Positions 1 through 8,100 of a stretch of DNA of 39,936 nt are shown piece by piece. The stretch lies in contig CAYGKP010000001.1 in assembly GCA_964350605.1 (NCBI GenBank), forward strand, positions 1 to 39,936. Direction: 5' to 3'. This DNA is from an uncultured Cytophagales bacterium (GTDB lineage Bacteria > Bacteroidota > Bacteroidia > Cytophagales > JAAEPT01). Each line of letters opens with the position of its first letter. Positions within the stretch are counted from its first letter, which is position 1. Position numbers and translations under genes: made by a program. The notes under the pieces were generated by a model. The model did not search any database. It saw only the letters and a program-made list of their open reading frames with translations, and was not told the DNA's origin.

Positions 1-2421
1 AACTCCGGGACGCGGAGTAAGCACCTGCGAGCAGACGACGAACCGCCTCTGAGTTTTGAGGTTGTCGAGGAGATCTTCGCGGCCCCAAGAGAGCTTCCTC
101 CAATTGTTGTAGAAGTTGATGTGATGCTTGTTCACATGGGCCTTCTTATCCTCCTCCAGGAGCTTCGCATTGACCTCCTCTTGCTCCTCTGCTTTCCTTC
201 TCCGCTCTGGGAGAACTTTTTGTTGGATGATCTTGAAGGGCTCTTTGTAGCTCGATGCTTCTAGTTGATCTTGGAGTGTGAAGTCTGTTACGAAACGAGA
301 CGGTTGTGAATCAACCGAGGAAAGCAGTTCGTCACCCGTCAGGAACGGCTTTACGACCTCATTATAACTTGCGTCCTTCTTGAGTAGTGCTTTTGCTTCC
401 CCTCTGGGAAGCAAGAAACCCTCATGTCCGTGCGTCTGCCCTTGAAACACCGACTTGGGGTGCAGGTTGCAGGTCAACTTCTCCGCGTTAGTTACGTCGG
501 GGCGATGGCTTAAGCTCGGCCCGATGCGATCAACAACATGCCGTTCTGGTTCCCCCTCTGCAGATTCTACGTACAGGGCTCGCTCGCCCTTGTAGGCACC
601 CTTAAACCAGTTCACGATGGAGACGTGGACAACCGCTGCGCCCGACCACTTCTGCGTCGAGACAGCATCGAAGATTTCACCCCCATTGTTGACGATGTAG
701 TCCAGGCTGCCTTCCCGGCTGTAGTTCTGGCGGATCGTGTTGGTGCCGACCAGCCCCGCATAGCTCCCCTCCTTGAGGTGCTGGTGCGCTCGGTAGTACC
801 AGTACACACAGAAGTCGGCGCGACCAGGCACCTCCGGGTACGCCTTTCTCAGCTTGTTCACGTACTCGGCCCCGAACTCCTTCTGCATCTTGTTCTTGCT
901 CTGGAACGGCGGGTTGCCGATGATCACGTCCACCTCCGGCCACTTGCGCTGGTTGCCCTGCTCATCGAGCAGCGCGTCCACGCAGCGGATGTTGCCGTCA
1001 AGATTGTCGAGGGGTAGGGGCTTGAACTTGTCGTTGTAGAGACGCTGCACCTCCTCATCGAGGATCGAGAGTTCCTTTGCGACCATGAGCGTCACCTTCG
1101 CAATCTCCACCGCCGTGGGGTTCAAGTCCATGCCGTAGAACTGGCTGGTGTTCACGAAGGGATAGGTCTCCATGAAGGCGACCAATTGCTTTCGGTCGGT
1201 GCCCTCGGTTTCTTCCCAGAGGAGGTCGAAGAGCGTTCGTTCCAGTAGCTTGATCTCCTTGAACGCGACAAATAGAAAGTTGCCGCTCCCACACGCGGGG
1301 TCGAGCACTTTAAACTGGGTCAGCTCGTTGAGCAACTTGAAGTAGTCCTCAATGGTGCTGGCCTCCTCGATCCTCTTGAGCCAAGGCTCCACGATGCAGG
1401 GCTGGACGATCTTTTTGATGTCCATCTCGCGGGTATAGTGCGCCCCGGTTTTGTGCCTTTGATCGGCTTCCAGGTTGTTCTCGAAGAAGGTGCCGAAAAT
1501 CGCGGGGTTGACTTTCTTCCAGTCCTTCCTTGCGCTATAATCGAGAAGCTCAATTTCTCGCCTTTCAAGTGTGATCGGTTTGATCTGGGCGAACAACCCG
1601 CCGTTGAAGTAGTCCACGCCCTCATAAATACTCCCTGTAGGCGCGATGCCCTCGTAGTTCATCTCTCGAAAGAGCCCTCCGATTAGGTCGTAGCTCTTTT
1701 CTTCGGAACCCAAGCACTCTTCAATAAGTCGGGTGAAAATCTTGTCTGGGAGTAGGTTCACGTCCTCGGCAAACATGGCGACCACGCACTGGAGGATGTA
1801 GTGCAGCGCGTCCTCTTTGGATACTACACCCCGGCTTACGAGGCCTTTGTAGACAGAGGATACCATCTGGGAGGTCTCGTAGGTAACATCCTCCTGGTCG
1901 CTGCGGAAGATGGGCTTCTTCTCTATAGGCAAAAGGAAAGCAAAGGCCTCCTTGCGGTTCGGGACATCCTCCAGCTTGATGACATCGACGGGCTTGTCCA
2001 TATCCCTGTCGGTATCGTAAATCCAGAACTCGTCGAAGTTGCAGAGGATTATGTATCGGGGGCGGTCGCTGAGGAGGTTTCGCCAGTAGGCCTCGGCTTG
2101 CTGGATGTGAACAGCAAGGCCCTTGCCTCGCTTCTTCATCTCGATCAAAACCCGCTTCTTCCAGACCAGATCGCCAAAGCCTGTAGTGTTTTTACTGGAT
2201 TTGATTCGCTCCTCAAATACGGCTCCTGCTCCTTTGACACCATCCTTGTGGCCCAGGCCCATGAAAAACGCTTCTAGGAAGCTCTGAGCCTCTCCCTTCT
2301 CGTCGCCCTGGAGGATGTACTTCTGGCAGTAGTCTAAAAATTCGGTGAGGTTCTGGACGTTCAAGTGGGCTCTCTTTGGGTGCTCGCCTAAAGCTAGTTG
2401 AAATGACAATAAACGTAGCAA
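1..2421 (-). CDS. MmeI-family type IIL/IIG restriction-modification enzyme (fused PD-(D/E)xK nuclease + N6-adenine DNA methyltransferase); 3-prime end lies beyond the left edge
   Basis: Absent from the supplied ORF track because it runs off the window and has no ATG start. My hand translation of the minus strand is open for 807 codons from 2421 down to 1. Motifs seen: GFGDLVWKKRVLIEMKK (D-x9-ExK, nt 2134-2172), MFAEDV, YFNGGLF, GAHYT, VLDPACGSGNFL (SAM motif I, nt 1273-1308), VIIGNPPF (motif IV, NPPF at nt 904-915). Motif order is collinear with MmeI as I remember it. The start is uncertain: TAA at 2422-2424, in-frame TTG at 2421, 2409 and 2364, and the first in-frame ATG at 2262. Confidence 0.85.
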   Translation of the reverse strand, partial: MLRLLSFQLALGEHPKRAHLNVQNLTEFLDYCQKYILQGDEKGEAQSFLEAFFMGLGHKDGVKGAGAVFEERIKSSKNTTGFGDLVWKKRVLIEMKKRGKGLAVHIQQAEAYWRNLLSDRPRYIILCNFDEFWIYDTDRDMDKPVDVIKLEDVPNRKEAFAFLLPIEKKPIFRSDQEDVTYETSQMVSSVYKGLVSRGVVSKEDALHYILQCVVAMFAEDVNLLPDKIFTRLIEECLGSEEKSYDLIGGLFREMNYEGIAPTGSIYEGVDYFNGGLFAQIKPITLERREIELLDYSARKDWKKVNPAIFGTFFENNLEADQRHKTGAHYTREMDIKKIVQPCIVEPWLKRIEEASTIEDYFKLLNELTQFKVLDPACGSGNFLFVAFKEIKLLERTLFDLLWEETEGTDRKQLVAFMETYPFVNTSQFYGMDLNPTAVEIAKVTLMVAKELSILDEEVQRLYNDKFKPLPLDNLDGNIRCVDALLDEQGNQRKWPEVDVIIGNPPFQSKNKMQKEFGAEYVNKLRKAYPEVPGRADFCVYWYYRAHQHLKEGSYAGLVGTNTIRQNYSREGSLDYIVNNGGEIFDAVSTQKWSGAAVVHVSIVNWFKGAYKGERALYVESAEGEPERHVVDRIGPSLSHRPDVTNAEKLTCNLHPKSVFQGQTHGHEGFLLPRGEAKALLKKDASYNEVVKPFLTGDELLSSVDSQPSRFVTDFTLQDQLEASSYKEPFKIIQQKVLPERRRKAEEQEEVNAKLLEEDKKAHVNKHHINFYNNWRKLSWGREDLLDNLKTQRRFVVCSQVLTPRPGV

Positions 2422-2430
2422 TTAGCAATC

Positions 2431-2445
2431 TAGCGACAGTCGCTA
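2431..2445. promoter_or_regulatory. Perfect 7-1-7 palindrome TAGCGAC-A-GTCGCTA just upstream of the RM gene start; candidate operator
   Basis: Read directly from the sequence, 10-24 nt upstream of the TTG at 2421. A 1-nt spacer cannot form an RNA hairpin loop, so a dimeric protein-binding site is more plausible than a structure. There is no functional evidence. Confidence 0.2.
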
Positions 2446-2574
2446 TCTAGCTTGCTTACGACAGGCACTCGATCAGGCCGCAGCACATCGACAAGAGGGT
2501 AAACGGGTGGGTCCCATCATACTCATAATGGATGTCCGAGAATCTAAAACCTATCAGATCGTTTTCCAGGGTTG

Positions 2575-2694
2575 CTCACAAAAGTGATCCATATGGTAGA
2601 ATTAATACGAATTGAACATTCCCAATTTTAAACCCCTTTTTGTTGCGTACAAATTGAGTGCATATCGAAACAATTGATTTATATGTAATCAAAT
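2575..2694. repeat. Left copy of the ~120-bp imperfect direct repeat bracketing the accessory block
   Basis: Hand alignment to 23119-23237 gives about 17 differences (including 2-3 indel positions) in ~120 aligned nt. Shared strings include ctcacaaaagtgatcc, cgaattgaacattcc, atcgaaacaattgattt and aatcaaat. Weaker similarity continues about 70 nt further left (2507-2574 vs 23043-23118). Confidence 0.75.
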
Positions 2695-2718
2695 TTTAGC
2701 ATTCCTGCTGTGGTACTA

Positions 2719-2880
2719 CTACTCCTCTTCTTCACCTCGGTGCTCTATATCTCGTAAAGGTTCCTCATATATTCTTGGAAGACCCTCATCATCATATATC
2801 GGAAACGACTTCCAGTCTGAAACCTTGTAGTCTTTTAGACCATAATACGGTTGTGCCTCTGAGTAAACATTCCCAGTGGA
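2719..2880 (-). pseudogene. Orphan 3-prime fragment homologous to the C-terminal tail of the 401-aa HExxH protein gene
   Basis: This is 53 open codons with no start codon, bounded upstream by TAA. It reads STGNVYSEAQPYYGLKDYKVSDWKSFPIYDDEGLPRIYEEPLRDIEHRGEEEE*. The 401-aa C-terminus reads TYPGTQPYYGLKDYKVSDWKSFPEYEEDGIPRVYAEPLPGITHP*. The gapless nucleotide alignment 2765-2861 vs 3937-4033 is roughly 75-80% identical by hand count. Confidence 0.6.
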
Positions 2881-3008
2881 TTAATAGCTCAGAGCGTATC
2901 CAAAGGGATATCCAACTCTTCACAAAAACAGCCGTCATACTTGAACGCCATCGCAAAATGGGGACCAACCTTGCTTGTTGCCTTCCCGTTCACATAACGC
3001 AGTCGGTT

Positions 3009-3404
3009 TTAGTAGACCTCGTCCTCCGAATCATCAAAGAGGCGATAATGCCAAATGCCCACCCTAACTCCTGCTCTGAACCTGCCTGTTTCAGTATACC
3101 TACACTGACAGCCAGCTGTGCTGAAAAAATATGCTCTACCCTGCAAGGAGTCATCTTTGAATCTTAAAAACGCTCCTCTGTGACGGCAGGATACGCAGAT
3201 CATCCTGCCCACATGATCGTGAGGTTTGAGTATCGGGTCATCTGTGTCAAAAACCACAAACGTCCCTTGCCTGAGTTGATTCCGGTCGATATGACCACCT
3301 TTTCTTGGCCAGATTGAAAACGGACTACATGATGACGCGCAAATGGAGATCAAACAAAAAAGTGTCACCTGCCTCATGAAGTCGGATGAGCGGATTATCT
3401 TCAT
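3009..3404 (-). CDS. Small lipoprotein with MORN-variant (YwqK-like) repeat pattern; possibly truncated; candidate immunity protein
   Basis: Track ORF of 131 aa. The N-terminus MKIIRSSDFMRQVTLFCLISICASSCS looks like a signal peptide plus a lipobox-like ASSC. The tail RAGVRVGIWHYRLF has G-x-W spacing. The in-frame TAA (3009-3011) is followed by 39 more open codons (to TGA 2889-2891) reading NRLRYVNGKATSKVGPHFAMAFKYDG..., which continues the Y-x-N-G-K repeat pattern. Confidence 0.6.
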   Translation of the reverse strand: MKIIRSSDFMRQVTLFCLISICASSCSPFSIWPRKGGHIDRNQLRQGTFVVFDTDDPILKPHDHVGRMICVSCRHRGAFLRFKDDSLQGRAYFFSTAGCQCRYTETGRFRAGVRVGIWHYRLFDDSEDEVY

Positions 3405-3439
3405 TGAGGCCAGAGGGACTGCGGAGCACTTGCCATACC

Positions 3440-3967
3440 CTACTGCCCATCACAGTCGCACCCCCTATATCCAGAGAGCCCAAAACCATGATTGTTATTC
3501 TTGTATTGAGGCTTACCACTTTCATAGCTCACCTTGGTCGCGCTACTCTCACCAGTTTTTTGATTTCGCTTCGTCGTTCTCCATGTTCCTATTGGAACCC
3601 CCTTATGATATTGCCCTTCCTGGATAATAACACAATGGTCATCTAACCCGTTAATGAATAATGCTTTCCCATGGGGAATACCGCGTCTGAAGGTGACAAT
3701 TGCTTCAGTAAACACCGTCTGAACCTCATACTTCGGCATATATGATTCTTTCCAAACTGGACCATTGCAGGAAAACCCCTTCATGACCCACACGCCTGTC
3801 GGAAGGCTGTTCTTGTCGTATTGGTTTACTCCACGTCCATAGTCTAGCCGACCACTCGCACAGCAAGTTGCTATTAGCACTGTGAGTGAGCCAAGCAATA
3901 ATAGCTTAAGGGTGCGTGATGCCAGGTAAAGGCTCTGCATAGACTCTTGGGATACCATCTTCTTCAT
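3440..3967 (-). CDS. Small lipoprotein with MORN-variant (YwqK-like) repeat pattern; candidate immunity protein
   Basis: Track ORF of 175 aa. SRTLKLLLLGSLTVLIATCCASG looks like a signal peptide plus lipobox (IATC). Repeat-like strings by eye: PTGVWVMKG, IPHGKALFINGLDD, GQYHKGVPIGTWR, VSYESGKP. The start is uncertain (ATG at 3967, 3958 or 3940), and every option overlaps the upstream gene end (3906) by 35-62 nt. Confidence 0.65.
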   Translation of the reverse strand: MKKMVSQESMQSLYLASRTLKLLLLGSLTVLIATCCASGRLDYGRGVNQYDKNSLPTGVWVMKGFSCNGPVWKESYMPKYEVQTVFTEAIVTFRRGIPHGKALFINGLDDHCVIIQEGQYHKGVPIGTWRTTKRNQKTGESSATKVSYESGKPQYKNNNHGFGLSGYRGCDCDGQ

Positions 3968-5111
3968 ATTCCGGAAACGATTTCCAATCTGAAACCTTAT
4001 AATCCTTCAAGCCATAATACGGTTGTGTACCTGGATAGGTAAAAAGTAAGGTTTCAGCGATTGGATCAGTTGGGTTATACGTATCGTATTTTGCTCGGAA
4101 GCTTCTAGTTGCGGGAAGCAAATACAAAGATTGATCAATCGTTGTATCAGGCAGCTGATGAGTTGAATCCATTTGAGCTTGTAAGGCATCGACCGACACA
4201 CCAAAAACATTAAGAAACTCATCTTTAAAGCTCACCGAAAACTTCCTATCCTTCGGATGTGTATACCACTTTAATATATCCAGCGGGAGTGACGGGCTGG
4301 CTAGCGTTCGATACTCTAATCTTGTATTCAGCTCCGAGTTGATCGGCTTATTGTAGGCCGTTACAGCGTGATATTCAGGCCAATCGATCAGCACATCAGT
4401 CAATGCTTGGTACGGATCTAGATGCCAAGTCTCATGAACTCCTACTGCATTGAGAAACTCCTCCTCACTGCAATTATGAAATCGGCTGTACTTATCATTT
4501 TTCTCCTCTACCCACGTCTCCGTATCCCCAATAGTAACGACAAAGGGCTCAACCGAGAAGACACCACCGGTAAAGCCAAATCGATTGATTTTTCTCCCTC
4601 CTTCCAAAATGACTCCGAACTTTTGTTTGAAGGAGTAAATCCCATACTTCACGGATGGATGTTCTCCAAAATCATCACCCCCTGTAATGAGAAAGTCAGT
4701 ACCTGTTGGGAGCGGAGTGTCGCCCAGCGCTCCCTCGGGTGGTTTTCCACGCCGAAGCCTAATGACCATCGGATGATCCTCCCAAAACTTCCACCTGATC
4801 CGTCCCATGGGTGTTTTGTGCATCGCATCACCGATTTGAACAACACCCTGATCAACGTCACTTAGTGGAGTTGTCGAACTGACATCCTCCTTATCATAGA
4901 AAACTAAGTTCCCTCCAGTAAAAGTGGTTTTTAAAAACCTCCCCCCCGGACCAAACTCTTTTAGACCCGTGTATTTCACCTTATCTGAAAAGACAGGCTC
5001 AATATTGGTCCCAGCCAGGTAAATTTTTGTCAGAGTCCTTCGCTGCTCAACCGTTAAGGAAGAAAGGAAGTTGTTCAGAGCACTCCTTTGTTCATTTGTA
5101 AGGGTAACCAT
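3906..5111 (-). CDS. Hypothetical 401-aa protein with HExxH zinc-metallopeptidase motif; candidate effector
   Basis: Track ORF. HETWH is encoded at 4422-4436 (verified by reverse-complementing atgccaagtctcatg). No signal peptide (MVTLTNEQRSALNNF...). It starts 4 nt after the upstream giant gene stops. Its last ~35 codons are duplicated at 2765-2861. Confidence 0.8.
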   Translation of the reverse strand: MVTLTNEQRSALNNFLSSLTVEQRRTLTKIYLAGTNIEPVFSDKVKYTGLKEFGPGGRFLKTTFTGGNLVFYDKEDVSSTTPLSDVDQGVVQIGDAMHKTPMGRIRWKFWEDHPMVIRLRRGKPPEGALGDTPLPTGTDFLITGGDDFGEHPSVKYGIYSFKQKFGVILEGGRKINRFGFTGGVFSVEPFVVTIGDTETWVEEKNDKYSRFHNCSEEEFLNAVGVHETWHLDPYQALTDVLIDWPEYHAVTAYNKPINSELNTRLEYRTLASPSLPLDILKWYTHPKDRKFSVSFKDEFLNVFGVSVDALQAQMDSTHQLPDTTIDQSLYLLPATRSFRAKYDTYNPTDPIAETLLFTYPGTQPYYGLKDYKVSDWKSFPEYEEDGIPRVYAEPLPGITHP

Positions 5112-5115
5112 ATCG

Positions 5116-8100
5116 CTAAATGATTAAAGGCTCTTCGTAGTCGTTTTGAATCCCCCCCGAGTTCACTACGTCCACCTTGAACCGGTGGTAAATCGTGTCA
5201 CTTGAGCCATTCGTGGCAGGCAAGAAATCTCCCAGCTCGTATTCAATTGTCTCTTCATTGGACGATACTTGGTTAACCAGTGCCCACTGACCGGCCTCTG
5301 TCATCTTGTACAGGTAGTAAGTACCCGACTTGCACGTACTAGGCCAACTGAGTGTGGGCAGGATCGGGTCTGGCGTCGCGTTGGGATCACCACCATCGTA
5401 GGAAATCGGCGGCGCTGGCGGTGGCGCATCATCAACAATTCGCGTCCGAATAATTTCACTGGGGATAGATGGCACTACCTCCGGCTCCTCATTCTCATTA
5501 ACAATAAACCTCAGAGCCACCAGCCGATAGAACAATGTCTCGGCATAAGGGGGAAACTTCCCTTCTAAGTCCGAGAATACATCTGCTACCGAATCGACAG
5601 AGACAGTAGTGGCTAGCTTCATAGTTCGAACAGTTCGGGCCTCCGCTTCAGTGGTTGCTCGATACATCCGGATACTCGTCACGTTTTCTTCTGGCAAGTA
5701 ACTGCTCAACTGAAAAGCGACTCGTGGCAGTGCCTGCGCTCCACTTGATCGCGGACCAATCACTTCCAGCGTCTTCAACTTTGGCGGCGGCGGAGGCAGG
5801 GCATGCAAGAGTTTAACCGGCGCACTGACAGCGGAAGGGTTGGAAGTCTGCCCATCCGAGGCGATCTCACGCGCTCTATAGAAGTACAACTGGGAGTGCA
5901 TTGCCCCATCAAGCTTGTAATCCGTGAAACGAACGAACACCTCGCCACTTTCAGCATAGCGCCGAGCCATCGGGAATGGATTGAACTCCGAAGATTCGAT
6001 CGGCAAAAGCTGTCCACGTGAGTCCACCACCTTGGGCAGCTCGGGGGAGGTCTGTCGGCCCTGCTCAAGGAATTCGAAGAGAACCGGCTGTGTAGTCAGC
6101 GGGGTAAAAGCATTCGAAATCGCCACGAAAGCTTTAGAGATCGCCGAAGTACCAAAGCCTGGATCATTTTGCGGCAGGATATCATCGGTTAGAAGCTCAC
6201 CACTGAAAGTTGGCGACTTATCGGGCGGCGGAATGAAGTATGAGTTGGCTCCGTACGACTTGAACGCACCTGGAGTGGTGTCTCCACTACCCTGAACATC
6301 CAGGTTGGCCAAGCCACTCCAGTAGTTCGAAAGTACCGACTGATCTTCCAGAGCAATCAGATTGCCTTTTACATCCTCAGCCGTTTCTGTTTCGAACAGG
6401 CTATTCAGCAAAGCTTCCTGGCTTGTACGGTAAAAAACAAACCCATAAGGCGGACGCTCCGGCTCATTAACTTTGATATCGAAGGTGTAGGAGGACTTTC
6501 CGTATCGATCCGGACGCGTAGCATAAAGCGGCCCGATTGGTGGGTCCGGCGGAATGGGGTCAACAATCTTTTTCGCGACAAGAAGGGAGGCTGGTGATAG
6601 GTCTGAGGAAATGTTGTTGATGCTATCACGCGAACGCGCTGCCATCAAAGACACTCTTGATAGCTCACCCTCACCAGGTAGTATTTGCACGCGCTGGAAC
6701 AACCCAGGGAGCTGCTGTGGCTCAGCTTCCAGGTACAATCTGTATCCGGGGTGAAAATTGACCGATACGTCTACTCCCGTCTGAATAGGGTCCGAATCGT
6801 AGTTAGCATCGACCGCATAGATCTCCAATGGATTCTGAGAAACGATCGTTACAACAGAGAGCTCTTTGGTCTGATTGGGATCATATTGACCTGTGCTCGA
6901 GAAGCTGATCCGTGCCGTGCCTTGATACCAACTCACCCCTGTCTGAGGATGATCAGCCAGTGAGGTTCCCGAGGCATAAGCGATGTGGTATAGTCCACGA
7001 AACACCTGAACCTCCTGTAAGAGACCTTGTGAGTCTGGTTCGAAAACTGTCTCGGTGATCGGATCTACCTGCGCTGGTTCAAAAATACCGCCGATGAACC
7101 TTGTCTCTTGGTTCCCGTTCTCGTCTTCGAAAACCTCTTCGTGATTGCTTAGGTCAATTAGGTCAACGGTGTAAGCTAGTTTTTGCGGCCAATTGCTTGG
7201 CTCCAGCAGGTTCTCGACCATAAGGAAGCACTCGTCTGCTCCTGGAAAGGAATACTCTTTGCGTCCTAAGAAAGTCCTATTGCTTGATGGATCATCGGTC
7301 GCTGTTTGCTCAACGGCTTTGATTTGAATCTGAGGCTCGGTACCCGAATTGAGTTGAAGCACTGAGAATACTTCTTGACTCTCGTTGGTCGATAGGACAC
7401 CACCAAGGTACTTCCCCTCCTCGCCTACAGATATCTCGGGTATAACATCTGATGATGGGTTCGTGCTGTAGTTGCGATAGAACCCGGTGAGGAGCGTGAT
7501 ATCTCCTTCACCGTTATCAACGACTTCCTTGATTGTGCCTCGAACACTGTCAGGTGGGTCCAACCGAAAGAAGAAATCGATCTTATCGGCCCGACGGTAA
7601 GCAGACTGGTGAACGTGATTCCAGAGAAAGGTCACGCGTGTCAGCTCAGGCTCATCAAGCGGCTGATTGATCCGAGCCAGCAACTCGTCTTGTTCCGCCT
7701 GGCTGGTTAGAACCAACGGCTTCTCTTTTTGGATATACTGAACAGCAAAATTAGCTGGCGGCAGGAGAGTATTCCGTAGCGGAAAGTCCGTTAAGTCGGT
7801 TTGGGCGAGCTGGCCAACCGGAGATACTCGTTGGAAGATATTAACTCCGTAGAGCGCGTACTCATGGACTCCACTTTCGGTCTCTACATGCGTGTAGAAC
7901 TCTTCCACGGGCTGGGAAGGAAAAAGTAACGACTCAGGAATCTCGATTATCTCCGGTTCGTTGAATTCATCCAACTCGACGATTTTTTGGCTGTTGTATT
8001 CGTCGTCGAATAATAGCTCTGGCTTTCTCCACTCACTCTCACCCAATAGGCGGTACTCCAAACCCACACGTAGCGGAATACTAGCCTCACTCATGTCGAA

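Noticed and set aside
538-2277. Plus-strand track ORFs 538..1017 (159 aa) and 1801..2277 (158 aa), and other short ORFs in 1-2428
   Set aside because: All lie antisense or out of frame to the continuous MmeI-like frame, which carries unmistakable methyltransferase and nuclease motifs.
2575-2694. Conserved mini-ORFs inside the boundary repeats (MFNSY* / MFNSA*) or a small RNA gene
   Set aside because: Five-codon ORFs are expected by chance. Longer frames differ between the two copies, and I could not see a conserved stem-loop by eye. This remains open pending a covariance search.
2775-3167. Plus-strand 130-aa ORF across the orphan fragment and lipoprotein gene end
   Set aside because: The opposite strand carries sequence homologous to the 401-aa gene tail and the MORN-like extension. 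The plus-strand product has no features.
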